Positions 25,190 to 38,099 of a stretch of DNA of 64,000 bases are shown piece by piece. Position 1 is the first letter of the stretch, and the number at the start of each line of letters is the position of its first letter. Below the pieces are notes generated by a model. The model ran no database searches. It worked only from the letters and a program-made list of their open reading frames with translations, and was not told the DNA's origin. Both the position numbers and the translations under genes were made by a program. This DNA is from Raillietiella orientalis (Eukaryota), in assembly GCA_036172245.1 (NCBI GenBank), contig JAYWIR010000013.1, positions 3,968,001 through 4,032,000 of the forward strand, read 5' to 3'.

Positions 25190-26790
25190 CAGCGCGGCCG
25201 AGGTCTTCGCCCGTGGAACCGGGCGTCGCGGGTTCAAATCTCCGCGTGAAGGGTCGACGTCCAGAACGGGGAGTGACCTCGTGGGTTTCGAGTCTTCCTC
25301 GCAGGATGACTCTGGTTGACCTGCGGGCTTCGGGTGAGGAAACCGGATGCCTCTGTTGACCGACCGGGATTGGAAGTTGACCCTCCGGGGTCCTTCCAAA
25401 ACATCAAGGAGTCCTTTCGGACTGCCCTCCGGCTGTAAAAATGGAGCCGCCCCACCCTGGGGGAGGTAAACGCTCGTCCCCGCGGTTGATCTCCTCCCTC
25501 GGTTGCCTCTCCAGAGTGCCAGAAGCGCCCTTCAGAGAAAGTTTGAAAGGATCCCTTCGTGGTTCTCTTCAGGGGAGGAAACCAGGAATGGTTTCCTTGC
25601 GTGTTTCCTGCGGAGAAGAAATTCCAGGAGCGGATCCTTTCCGGGTTCCCTCCCGAGAAGAATTGAGGAACAGCCTCCACAGGAGGGTCCCTTTGGAGAC
25701 AACCAGGGCGAGGGTCCAGTTCCGCGTTCGAGACCTTCCGGAATGGCGCGCTAGGTCTCTTCCGGGCTGCAGATAGTCGCTTCCTCCCAAGCGTATGAAA
25801 AACGGAACTCTTTCCTCCTTCGTCTTCCTGGATTCTCATGGTGGCTCCTACGGGTTCGCCCCCTATAACTTGAAGAGTCAAACACGCAGCCCCGGGTGGC
25901 ATGGGCAGTGTTTAAAGAGCTTTGTGATTTCCCCCCCAAGGAGGCGAACGGTTCTTCAGCAATTCGGCAACCCGAGAAGGAAAAAAAAAAAAGAGAGAGA
26001 ACCGTTACCTAGAAACCCAAACTTCAGTTACCTCGCAATCTCCAGATTAGACAAATCTTCTCGCTAATATGCGCGTTGATGAATTACGATCAACACCCAA
26101 CCGAAAGCGTACCGAATTTTCGTACCATTTTCAGAAGAGCTGCTGCAGTCCACCGGAAACTTCTGACGAGACGCTGCGCCGTAATGAACGCGGGTCCTCC
26201 TCGCCTCCCCTGGCGAACCTTCGATTGCCCGACCTACTAATCCGGAGGTTATCCACAGGGCTGGGCGCGTCAGTTGAACACGGAACACTCACTTGGTCGG
26301 GCGTCGTGTCGCAGGCTGCGAGAGCATTCGTTAAGACCTCTAAGGAAGTCGTTGGTTTTCCTTCACGAGGAACCGCCCACCGCCAGGATGGTGTCACTCG
26401 ATCTCGCGTTCGGTCGCCTGGGCATCCGAGACATCCCCGTTCTTCAGCGAAGCCCTCTCGAGGAGGAGAGGGCACGGATCGCTGATCACGCGAGATTGGC
26501 ACTGCTGCCCTCCGGCCGCAGGCAGCAGCATCTTTGGTACACGCCGGCAGTTTTCTACGCACGTTGCGCTTCCCCCCAGCCAGAGCCGACGCCGGCCGAG
26601 TTCCCTGGAAGATTTCTTTCCTTTTTCGCCAGCCCGGGGGAAGGACCATGCAAAGTCAGCGCGTCGCGGGTGATCCCCTCTTTGAAGTAAGGAATGCCTT
26701 CACTAGGAAAATCCTTCCCAGTTGTGTTTACAGGACTCGAGCACGGGCAATCAATTTTGAGCAGCTCGCATTCCATGTCACGTGCTCGTG
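25190..26790 (-). mobile_element. CR1/L2-like LINE copy
   Basis: DNA homology to 7430-8020 over ~600 bp; upstream LGVDRNSSTRILARRF (cf. GPD.IP.RILKEFA). Confidence 0.65.
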
Positions 26791-26929
26791 ACGGTTGGAC
26801 CGCTCACGCCTGAATCTGCGAGGAAGGCAATTTTCCTTCTTTCTTCTTCTTCTTCTTCAGAAGCCTCGCTCGCCTGATTTTCTACATCCGGCTGACTTTG
26901 AAACCTGACGACTAGGAAAAGAACGAGAG

Positions 26930-27950
26930 ATCCGTTCGGTTCTCGGACCCGGTTGCAGCCTCGACCGCCTTCGGCATCACGAGCAGAACGGGATCTGCAC
27001 CGGGAGGAGCCCCGGATGCTGCAAGGTACTCAGGGAATTTCCTCGGTGCAGTGCCATGCGGTGGAGCATGGAGTTCGCCATTCGTTTGCAGCCGCGGTCA
27101 CGTCAGATGACGCAAAAGGCGCAATGCATTTCTGCACAGCAAAGAACCGATGACGGCTTCGGGAGGGCTGGCGTGTTTCACCAGGGCACAAGTGGGATCG
27201 TCCTTTCCTGTAGGATTAAGAAATCATCCACTCGAAATTCGAGGTAAAAATCATTACATGGGAGAGACGACCAGTCGCGTTTGAGAAGTTCATCTTCGGT
27301 TCCGCATTAGAAAGCAGATCTCTGCGATGGAAGTTGCCTGGAAACTCCTGCAAGGGCATTCTTCCTAAATACAGATCAGGCATTGCAGCAGAATTCGTCG
27401 TGAGGCTGCTTGGAATACATGCCTGAAATAAATAAATAAATAAACATTTGGCCCTGCGCCCCGCATCGCAGTGGAAACATCAGGCGCGCTTGCATGCAAC
27501 AGAAGCATGCAAGCTTGCATCGCTTGCATGCCTCCCCAGATCCAAGCGCATCCTCCGGACTTCACTGATCTGCCTGAAAATGAGACTGCCTGACCAGCAT
27601 TGGGAGCGCAGGAACGCGAGCGCTTGACCTGGATCTCGCCATTGATCTCACCATTTTTCTCATTATGAAGATTGCTGCGAGTCGGACAGGTGGCCATATA
27701 TGGCCCTTCGAAAGCCGACTTCCAAAGCAAGCGTTTCACGGACCAGAAGTTCCTCGAGGGAGTCCGAAGGGGCTGAAAACTACAGGGCGATCCCGGAAAA
27801 GTCCTGCGGGCCCGGTCTGTGAGCGGGAAAGAGCGGAACGCGCTGCGCGTCTCATCCCGGTGAGACGAAGGAACGGGAAGGAGCGGATCCCGCCGACTCT
27901 TTTGCTTTCGGGTTCGAGACGCAGCCGCTCCACCAACGGCGCCTCGTCCA
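26930..27950 (+). mobile_element. RTE-clade LINE 3' fragment interrupted by a segment ending in a (TAAA)n tail
   Basis: AASTAFG (~26955), GGHIWPFESRLPKQAFHG (~27690; cf. WAGHV.RM.DSRLPKQL.YG); AAAT repeats at 27425-27444. Confidence 0.55.
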
Positions 27951-27999
27951 CGTGAGAAAATCGTGGACGAAACGGCTGCCGTCGGGAGCGCGGGGTGAG

Positions 28000-30900
28000 A
28001 CGCGAGGCTGAAACGATCCGACAGAAATCGAAAAATTCGGATCCGAAAGTCCGGTGGCCGCTGGATGGACGACGTCCCACCGATATCTCCAGGAGATGGT
28101 TGGAAAACGCGGTGGGAGGAGCGGTCGCGAGGGAAAGATTCCCAAGGCAAACAAACAGACAGCGCTCCTGGAGGGGGGGAATCCTCAAGGACTGAGGAGA
28201 AGGGAGCTTCACGGCGTGTGTGCCATCCTTCAAAGGAACTTTTGGGAGCTGCTCCCGAAGTGATCCCGGCGTCCGAATTCCTCTCGTGAGAGCCGAATGC
28301 GTTCTTCGGGCTGGGGGAAGCAGCCAGAATTTCCAGGCGCCCCTGCGCTCGGCCGGTGATAGGCCGTAGAAGCTGAACACCCCGCTATGCGTGCTGCCCA
28401 CGCCAGTGCAATCCATGTTCAAAGGCTGACGGACCACGGTGGGTCCGAAAGATCAAAAACAAGCACCGGACACACCTCTAGCTGTGTCTGAACGGTTGCC
28501 GGCTTTCAGGAAACCTGAACCGAAGAAAGGGATCCCGTTTCGATCCGTTCACTCAGCGGTTGCCGGGAGGCAGATGCAACCGAACCCTTTTTGAGGTCCC
28601 GAAAGGCAGACTCACACTTCCAGAGGGAACACTCACGTACACTTTTCCTGCTGCTTGCAACAGCTCCGGTGGCTCCCTTTTGGCTTCGGGGTAGTGAGGG
28701 CGACCAAACCAACGAGCTGGATGAATCCTGCTTCCGATGACGCTTCCGGAAGCCCTCCCAGTGAGTCGGTCCACAATAACGTCAATCTGCAACCCAACCT
28801 TGACTGCTTCTCCTCTTTCCCGCAGCATTCGGGAATTTCTGAAATTTCAATAGCTGTGGGCATTAAGAACGAGCAGCCCAAATGGTTAGCTCCTCCCTCG
28901 AATCATTCGTTCGGATTATTCTCAGAATCCTTTGTTTCTGGACCTCGAATGACCTCATTCTTTCAATGCAACCGACTGCCGATGGAAAGATCACTTGCCA
29001 CTCAGTTACGAATAACCGGCAGTCCGAAAACCTGCTGGAGAAACGGCTGCTGCACATGCAAAGGTGTGCAGCGGTGCTCGTGGCTTGGTGTGCTCGCCAA
29101 AGGGAGGCACTCCTTTTTCCTGCCTCTCCGGCGTCCTGCCTGCAATCGGACCCACCGCAAAATCCGGGGTGCTTGCCGACGGGAAGATGGTGGAACACGC
29201 TCTTGGACTCAGTTTCACAGAAAACGGTGCCCCATGTATGCATCCATCCCGTCTGTGCCGCTTTCTTCCGGAATTTCCTCTCAGCGCCAAGCTCCCCGCG
29301 GACTCACCTTGCTGATACCAACTCGGACTGATTCGCACTGCTCGGTGCGCAAACGAACGGGCACTGCTCGGAGAGTGTGCAAGGAACACCTCCCCACCTT
29401 CCAAGTCATCACTGCTGAAGAGGGTAGGAGAGGTGCAAGAAAATTGGCTCGTGGTGAAAAGGTGGCGCCTGGAAGGTACATGCCAAGGAGAGAAAAGGGA
29501 AGTTTCCATCCTTTTGATTCTCTTCTTCCCATCCGTCTGTTTGGTAGCTCCGTACGCCGGAATCGTTTCGCCCGAGAGTGTTCCAGATGCAGCGGAGATT
29601 AAGCGGAGATTCTTTGGGGGAAAGCAACTCGAGATTAACTCAGCATCCTCACCCGGCTGGAACCACAGTTTCTGGTTTCCTTTGCACGGAGCTCAGATGC
29701 TTGCCGATCCTCAGCTGCATTCATTACCCTCCGTGCATCCCATCTGTTCTGGGGACAGGATCCATCTGAAATCCTGCTGCTTTTTTCCCGACCGCCGAAG
29801 CCGGGCTGCCTGTCGGAAGGCTCATTGTAATTTCCATTAGCGATCTCCGCCGACGTGCCGACGGTCTGAGCGGTTGCGCCGAGGCAGCTCTAAGGCAAGG
29901 AGAGCCAACCACAGCCTCCCCTGTTTCAGCTTTTACTGCCCGAGCTTCCTGGATAATTTATTTCGGCCTGGGAGAGCACACGGTGGCACATTCTAGAGGC
30001 ACCGAGTGCAGTCGCGTTTTGCTTCCTTCTGGAAACAGGAAAAGTTTCAGGAAAAAAAAAAAAAAAAAATGTCACATTGAAAGAATGAGGCCTTTCGAGG
30101 TCCAGAGGCAAAACATCCAGAGAAGAATTCGAATGAATGATTCGAGGAGGGACGTTTGCACAGTAGCAGCCAATCATTTAGGTTGCTCGCTCTCAACGGC
30201 CACAGCTATTAAAATTTCAGAAATTCCCCAATGCTGCGGGAAAGAGGAGAAACAGTCAAGGATGGTTTGCAGATTGACGTTATTGTGGACGGATTCACGG
30301 GCGAGAGAGAGAAAAAAGAAAGGAACAAAGCTCCCCAGTCGGATGTTTCCTCTGGAACACCTTCAGATCATTCCTTCGATTCGATGGCTCCCGGTACGTG
30401 GCGCCTCCGAGAGAAGGCAGCGGGATCGGTGCCGAAGTGCAGCGATGGGCTCAGACCAGATTCGTACGATTTTCTCCCGTGGTGCCGATTTCATCACTCG
30501 GAGTTCCCGATCTCGTGCTACCAGGAAGGAGAAAGTTGAGAAAGCATCCCACCTCGTCCGCCGCGGATGCAATTTTCTGGTATTTCTTTACGCAGAATGC
30601 TGGCGAGAGCCTTCTAGAAGTGAGCCCTATCGCAATGTTCCATCACATCCTCAGCCTTGAAGATTGGAATGGAAGGATTCGAGATGGTCTTCGAGAAATC
30701 CCACGGCTGGTTCCGCCACATGGACCTACTCACTCGCACCTGCATTCATCTTTTCTGAAGATGTCGGAACTTTGAGTCGGATCGGAACAGTTAGAGATCC
30801 GAGGAAATGTCCCAAAGGGAGGAAGCAGAAATGTCTTTCCCATAGAGAGCTCCGAGCTTCCTGAGAATCTATCGGCTTCTTGGCTTCTTTCTCGAAGAAC
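28000..30900 (+). mobile_element. RTE-like LINE RT remnants (fragmented; includes an inverted copy at 28761-28969)
   Basis: AECVLRAGGS..KLNTPLCV (cf. EQAGFRAGRS..YN.PLCL), IRMND..NHL (cf. GIRING..LNHLRFADD), GEAVKVGLQID (cf. KVGLQIN), MFHHILSLEDWNGRIRD. Confidence 0.55.
28761..30298. repeat. Inverted repeat, ~210 bp arms (28761-28969 and 30076-30298), ~1.1 kb spacer
   Basis: Manual alignment of the first 120 bp gives 15 differences (10 transitions). Confidence 0.9.
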
Positions 30901-31300
30901 CTTGGTGCCGAGCTGGGATCGGTTACGGGTGTGGACACTCTCTTTGACTGAGAAATGGCAGCCAGAGAAAGTTCCTTACGAAAATGAACAACCTGATCTA
31001 CTAGATGCATGCAGCGCCGCCCGCGTCTCTCTCAGATTTCTAATCTAGTCATCAAACGGTAGTTGCATTATCCACGCCGCATCGGCTTTCCATGGCTCTC
31101 TCTCTATGGCAACGCCGTGTGGAATCATCCAGTCGTGAAGTCCTTTCGACCACAAAGTCCAAACAGCACTCCTGAGAGAGTCCCTGAAGGAACACTGTTT
31201 CCACATGGGCTGCCAATGAACAGCAGTTAGGGGCATCCTCCCAGTCTCCCTTCCTCTGTTCCCGGTGGAATGAAACGATAAAGCTCATTTGCTATGGAAT
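30900..31300 (-). mobile_element. LINE RT fragment
   Basis: QRKGDWEDAPNCCSLAAHVETVF (cf. KKGDK.D..NYRPISLLSHVYKVF). Confidence 0.45.
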
Positions 31301-31899
31301 GCATCCTTTTCCGCCACCAGAGGAAAAGCCAAGGCCATCCTGGATTCCGAGGAAATAGGTGCATCAGAAATGGCTCAAGTGGAAAGCGATTCGCAGTAGC
31401 AAAGAGGATTTATTTTGGTTGTTTGTTAATGGCTGCCGGATGCGTTTGGAAAGGCACGATAAATGCAGGAGATCTGCTGCGATTCCCTTGCAGCCGAAAT
31501 CCGAGTTCGAAGAAAGGGAAACACCCACGAGCGCGAATGTCACGAGAGATTCGGGTGCAAGAACTGGGAAGCCGAAGACAAGAGGAGCACCACGCTCTGC
31601 TCATTTTTAGGCGTGACTTTCGAGAGCGATGATCAAGGATTCAGGGGACCGTGAGATGAAAATCCGGTCGGGAAACCGGACAGTGTCCGTGCCTGGGAAC
31701 GTCCGCACTTTTCCCTGTTTGCGCATCAGCACTCACGAGTGCCACATTTGGGATGTTCGACTGGAACGCTCGGTGATTTAGAAATCTTCGCGTAAGGCAA
31801 CAACAGCTAATAAGAGCCCATCTTCACGAATCGAAACAGGAGGGCCATCCATCTACTGGGTTTGCCCAGTTCCCAGCGAGCGGCAAGACGAAAGGCTTC

Positions 31900-32535
31900 T
31901 TGCGGATTCACAGGAGACTTCCATGAGGTGAACGATTCCGAAAAAAAGAAAGTGGACTTGGAAGAAACAAGAGGTTCTTAATGTGGAACTGGTCCCGAGT
32001 AAACAGTGGCTTCGACGCGACCCTAAAAGGAAAAATGAAATGATGTCTGGAAAACATGGTAGCCATACAACTGCTTAGCCACTGACGATTCGTCTCACCT
32101 GAAAATCTTATTGGAAGCGGATGCACAAATCATTCAATGCAACCATGTGGCCGTCTCAATGGAAAATCAGCGAGTGAATGAAACCTCGCCAGGAAAAGGC
32201 AAACAAACCGTTAAGGCAGGTGTTCTCATCAACATTCGCCCGTGGCAAGACAGCAGTCTTGTTATGCAACCAAGCTGCATGGTGTACCGTGTCTTGCGTT
32301 GTTCTCGAAAAGTGCTCTAGCAGGCAACCCCTCCTCGTTCTTGTGTTACTTCACTTCCAGAAGGCACGAGCCCTGCCGAAAATCGTAGGTTAAGGCAGTT
32401 GTACTGCTTCAAGTAGGAGCTCTCATCTGGCTTCAGCTGAATCATTTTCTGCAGCACCTTTGTTTCCCAACTCGGGCTTGTTGTTTTTGCAGTCCAAAGT
32501 GAAATGCGTAGGTAAAGTTGAAAAACATTACCCAT
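31900..32535 (-). mobile_element. Possible Penelope-like GIY-YIG region
   Basis: FSGETNRQ (cf. YIGETxR.L); only one short motif. Confidence 0.3.
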
Positions 32536-32599
32536 GAAGAATAAAATCTGCTAATGATAATAAGCTAGTTATTAATAGCGATAATTTTTGGTAATTAAG

Positions 32600-33020
32600 A
32601 CTTTGTTCATTTTGTTAACGGAAACTTTTCTTAACGAAAAATTTTTTTGCATGGTAGACTTTTTCGATCGCAAGTTTTGCAACCTGCAAAATGTTTTCAC
32701 GAAGGTCCGTCAACGGCTGATTTGGTGAACAATAAACTTCCAAAATGGGGAACTTCATAAAAAACAAATTTTGCAAATCCTAAACTCGTTAATACTTTAA
32801 TAAATTCTGTACACAATAATTGTATCAACAGCGGAATTCCAAGACGACTTTCTCAACAATCAGTGGAGCAGACGGTGGCTTTCTCAACAATCAGTGGAGC
32901 AGACGGTGGCTTTCTCAACAATCAGTGGAGCAGACGGTGACTTTCTCAACAATGAATTACGGGAACGGTAACTTTCATAAGGCTCAGATTTGTAAACAGC
33001 AAGCTTTGCTAACCACAGGC
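32600..33020. repeat. Degenerate 15-16 bp minisatellite containing a near-perfect 31 bp x3.4 tandem array (32846-32953)
   Basis: Unit CTTTCTCAACAATCAGTGGAGCAGACGGTG(G/A) repeated head-to-tail. Flanking 16-mers such as TTGGTGAACAATAAAC, TTCCAAAATGGGGAAC, TTCATAAAAAACAAAT, TTTGCAAATCCTAAAC. Confidence 0.85.
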
Positions 33021-33699
33021 CAAAAAATCTCTCAACTTTCATGAACTTCAACTCCAGTAAACCTCAACGAGTCTGCAGGCCCCACATTCCCCCAACTTCC
33101 CTTATGCTCGTACCCAGACTTCCGAATGACAGATCTGCCCCACTGCAAGCCTTCCGAATCCAGAGAGAGAAAGCGGGGAGCGCCCATCGACATCCTCCAT
33201 AATGGCGTATCCATCCAGTACAACCTCCTGTTCCTTTCTTCCGCTTCTGGACGCTCTGCTTATGCCAGCCCCCGCCTCCCAGGGCGTTCCTTCCCGAGGA
33301 GCTGCTGTGGCTGGTTCGAGCCGGCGATCTGGAAGGAGCTGGAAATTCCCGGAATCGTCTCACAGGAGAGGAAGTCAGCGGAAGGAGTCGGACCAGTCCA
33401 CCGTAGGGCGGTTTCACCGTAGGGTGGGATTGGGATGATAATGAGGACGAATAAGGTCAGGAAAGAGAAGAGAAAGGGAAGTGCAACTGAGGCGCTTCGC
33501 CGACTCGCGTGCCCAAGGGTTCCGAGAGGACGCAGGCGAACGGCTGAGGTCCAACAGAACACGAGAGGTCGCCCAGACTCCTCGTCGCGTCGAACCTAAA
33601 ACGTCGAAGCGCAAGATGACCACGGGCACCTCAGTGTCTCCAGGAGCTCCCTCTTAAGAATCTCCACCCTCCCGCGGCCTTGCACTCCTCGCCTCCTGG

Positions 33700-36400
33700 G
33701 CATCTGTGCGTTTCCTCGCCGGGTGCGCGAGAAGCAAGGAGGGGCGCTACGGGGAAAAAGCACGTGCGTGCGCTAGGAGCGCTCTGAAGAGAGAAACGGA
33801 GGGTGTGCCGGAGCAGAGATGACCGGAAAATCTGGCGGCGCCGCGGGGCAGAAAACTTGCACACGCACACGCGCGCACGTGCACACACTAACACAAAAAA
33901 AAAAAAAAAAAACGCGCGCACACACGTCCACACACAAAGAAAAGGGAGATGCCCGAGAATCGACGGAAGAGGCGTGCGCTTGGGTTTTCCTCGCCAGTGT
34001 TCGCGACGACACCTCCCTTCAAGGGGGACAGGGCGTCCCTGAGGCAGACGGTAAAAATTTCCTCTTCCATATGCGAATGTCGTCGCATCCTCCCGGCTCA
34101 CCGCCGCCGCCTCAGTCCACTCACACCCTCGGCAGAGTCCTAGAAACCTAGGAAACCAAGGCGACCTTTTCCCTCTTCCTTACAGATCACCCTCCCGACA
34201 TCTCACTTTTCGGTGGAAGACGGCGGCTCCTCCTGAGGTCCTTCTCGCTATCTGGACGACTTCCGGAACCATCTTCCTGCTGCTGCTGAGGCAGAAGTGG
34301 CGCGCTACCGCCACCGCTGCTGCAGCTTCTTGGCGGGCGGACGCGAGGGAGGTGGCGGAGGGCACTGCAAGTGCACGGATGCCTCCTCCTCCTCTCTCGA
34401 CTCCACCGTCGGGCACCGCCCGAGGTCGCTTCTTCCCTCAGGCGAGAAAAAGAGAACTTGAGCCTCAGAGGTGGGAATCGCAGCTGCCGCTCCCGCGAGA
34501 GCCAGTGGCTGCTGCGGGAGACTTCCCCCCGTCCCTTGCTGGAAGCGTGCTCCGGGCGACGGGGTCCGTTTCCCCGCGCGCCCTCTCGCCACGATGAGGC
34601 GGCTGGGAGGCCAACACGGTACGCGCCTGAGGGCGATTGCCGCGACGGCGGCGTCCGGAAGGCTCTAAACCCCTCCTCCCTCCTCTCTCCTCCGTCCCCC
34701 GCTTTCCCCTCCCCCTTTAGCGAGTTGGCGCGTTCATCGATCAAACCGGCGGGGTAAGCGGGGCGCGAGCGCGAGACTTGTGGCGTCGTCCGTCCCTGCC
34801 GTCCACCCTCATAGGGAGGTGCCGGCGTCATTTGCCCCCAGCCCTTAGTCGCACCGGGAGGATGCCGGGATCGGCCGCCTCCGAGGACCGTAGGCGCTTG
34901 CAAAACGCGCGCGCTTCGGTGCGCAGGAGGAGATGAGGCCAAGGGGAGAGACATCTTGGACGCATCCACGCGCCGGTGGACGTGCTCTCCGTTCGGTCTC
35001 TTGGAAACTCGACAGGCCTGGTGCCTGGTTGCCGGGATAGCGAGCGACGCGGGAAGGCAAATGAAGTGGGAAGCGAGCAAAGGAGGAGGGGCTCAACAAG
35101 AACGCCGACGACGAGGACATCCGACATTTCGTTTCTGTTACTGCTGGTGGTGGCAGCGAAGAAGGAAAAAGACCGAGGTCCCCCAAACTGTGGGCTGACG
35201 AGGGGTTCCAGGAAAATCAGAAGAATCCCTTGAACGGAAGGATGTTGTTGGACGGTGGCGCGGCGGCCGAGGAACGAGGAAGGGTAGACCTTCCCTCCCC
35301 GACCTGCCTGCGAGCTCGTTGAGAGCGCGCCCGGAAGGGGAAGAGGCTCGTGGAGGATTCGCGAGCAGTCAGGTACGCGGGGGTGGGGTAAGGGGGCGAC
35401 AGAGACGCCCTCAGGTCGCCGTTGCCTTCCTGGAGGCGGATGCACCTTCCTCCCGGGAAAGTAGCGGAGGCACGGACGCAGGAAGGACGATCGCCTCCGC
35501 AGGTACTCCTACCCGTGCGCACCGCCGCCGCAAGCCTCCTTGCTAGAATACGGTGCCTGCCAAAGAGCTGCCGCCCCCGGGGACCCCGGGGACCGCCAGG
35601 GGTGCGCCCCCCTGGCCTTACTCGTCCATCCTGAACCTCTCGATCTCCCCCTACGCAGGACTCTTCCGCCCGCTCGAGGTGGCGCCCCGAGGGAAGCACG
35701 CTGTCGCCGATGACGACGACCTCGCATTTCCCCAGGAACGGGCGACCGCGCCGTCCGTCGTCCGGCCCGCTAGCCATCAACCGGCAGCGAGCGCGCATTC
35801 TTTCCCCCGCTGGCCGCGCAAGGCCACTGTCGCCGCGCGCTAATCGAATGCGCGAGGCGAGGCGCGCGCGAGCGCTTTGATTAGCTCGGAAGCCGCGTGA
35901 GCGCGCGAGTTGCCCACGTGCGCGCGCGGGGAGGTGTCGTCAGGGTGTGCTCGAGGCCGTCTCCCAGGCAGCCCCCACACGCACGCCTGGGGAAGCGCGC
36001 GTCGTGGTCGTCGTCGTCGGTCAGGAGGGGGGGAGGAGAAACGCCGGAGGTTTCTGCTCCTCGGGCGTTCGTCCGTCGCGGCGGAAGAGTTGGTGCGTGA
36101 GACAGCCGCCCGAAGGCGCAGCGGAGCGCACCCGCGACGCGTGAGGCCGCCTCATCGATCCCAGGGCGATGCGAGCATCCCCGCGCGCCGCCGGCGGCCT
36201 TTATCCCGCGGGACGCGGATCGCGCAGCGGACGTTTTCCCTGCCACCGCCACGGGCGGTGCCGGCGCGAGCATCCACGAATCTTCCTGCGCGCTCCGAGG
36301 CGAGCGCTGAAGCTCGAGACGTCATGCCAGTACCGAGTCGCTTCACCTCCGACCTTTCTTCTGGGGTGCCTTCTGCAAGGGCGGGGAGTGTGACACGCCG
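33700..36400. other. Second very GC/CpG-rich island
   Basis: Composition seen directly. Candidate acceptor ttccttacag at ~34186, but no recognisable protein. Confidence 0.55.
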
Positions 36401-36449
36401 CAGCAGCCGGCTGGAAGGATGCACGGGACTTGCATGCTTGCTGTCTCTG

Positions 36450-37450
36450 GATGGCAGACCGACGCCTTCGTTGCCATTTCGGGGGAAGGAGAGAGGGGGG
36501 GAACGACTTCCTGGCTATTGCAGTGGCTCCACCTTCAGCGGTTCCTGACTGCTGCGTGGAAGACGCAGCATCCGGGTGAAAAGGTGTGCTTTATGCTGCT
36601 TGCAGATACGTAGAAGAGGTCGAAAAAATGCCCCCGGAAAGATGCCATGTGGGTCTCTCCGCTTTCCAGCGGATGTTTGATGGTGGCGTCCCTTCTCGAC
36701 ATCGGGGACATCGGGGAGTGAGAGTGAAGGTCCTTCCTTCTGTTCAAGAAAAGAACTGTCAAAGCGGGGCATCGCCCCCTCTTACGGGACGAACTCTTCG
36801 CTGCGTTGTTCGTTTTTTCCGCCCCTGATTTTCCTTACTGGGTCATGTAAGAGGTTTTTTCTTTCCTTATTGCCAGGGGCTTTGCTACGGACCACATGGC
36901 AAGGCAGGGCCCGGCCAAGACCCTGCGAACGTGGCACTAAGCGATTCACTCCGTTCGTTGAGGAAGCAGCCGAAACGCTTCTTGCAAAGCATTGCGGCCG
37001 ATGGCTGCTGCTGCCATCTTCAGTCCCGGGCCAGGAGGCGCTTTCATTGGGATCGCTTCCCCTTCGTTCCCGATCTCTCGACACCGTTCGGGCTGGGACG
37101 CTCGCAAGGTGGGCTTCCCCCGTGTTTTGCCAATCTCGCAGTCGGCAGGTTTGCCAGAAATGCGAAACCAAAGGAACCCTTCATCCTGAGAGACGCTCGT
37201 CATCAGAAATGGTGACGCTCCTATTCAGGGGAACAGCTGATTTTTCAGGTTCTGAACCCATTTGACGGATGATTGGAAAACACAGATGACGCTTTCGTCT
37301 TTTCGAGGGGGAGGGAGAAAAATGCCTGAAGAACAAATACGCGGGGATGGTTATTTACTTTCACGGACATGGGTGATTTTGTCTTTGTCCATGACGTAGG
37401 CAGTGACGTAGACAATTCGAGCACAATGACGGAGCACAAAAAAAGACGTC
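36450..37450 (-). mobile_element. hAT (Ac/ZBED-like) transposase remnant
   Basis: QNTGEAHLA (cf. HTGENLA), HRPQCFARSV (cf. H.PCFAHxLNL), FLEQKEG (cf. RFLEQKEAI), FFDLFYV (cf. LKPFY). Confidence 0.55.
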
Positions 37451-38099
37451 ATGCAAAAGCCGATTTAAATTTTACACAAAGCTCTACAAGTGAAAGCAGC
37501 TTTGTCCATTTTCTGTTTGTCGAGGATCATGTTGAGGAGCATTCTGCAAAGCTTGAAATCAATGATCACTTCGCGGCTGCGCAGGAAAAGCCCACCAACC
37601 CCTCCGTATGTGGCAATCCGCTTCCTCGAACGGATTCATCTCCACATGCAGAATTCCAACGACTAACTCGAACTGACCATTTTTTTGCGGGGGGTCGAAG
37701 AATTTTCAAGGGCGCGAATGTTCACGAAGACAACTTTCTGGATATTCTTAGAGCGCTTTCCCCTTCCCCCCCCCCCACTTTTCACCACGGGTCTTTTTAC
37801 CGACCTTCTACCTGGGCATTTGATTTCCATCAGAAACGCATGCGGGCACACTGAGGTTTGGGCTGCGCGGAGGTCGGTCGAAACGGGAAGAGCCCGGCAG
37901 CGAAATGGTCCAGTTGCTTTTTGCGGAGTCCCGTTTCGTCTTTCGGCAAAGGCGCTTTCGGTCCATCGGATGCGCGAAGCCCGGCAAGGACCACTAGCTG
38001 CTCCCTCCCCCCGTGGGAGACTGCCAAACGTGGTTTGCACGGACACCTTTGCAAGTGATGTGGGGGAGGCTGCTGCGGGGCAGGAGTCCTCCTCGCCTG

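Noticed and set aside
32846..32953. 31 bp repeats as a CRISPR array
   Set aside because: Head-to-tail identical units with no unique spacers, no cas genes, and an animal context.
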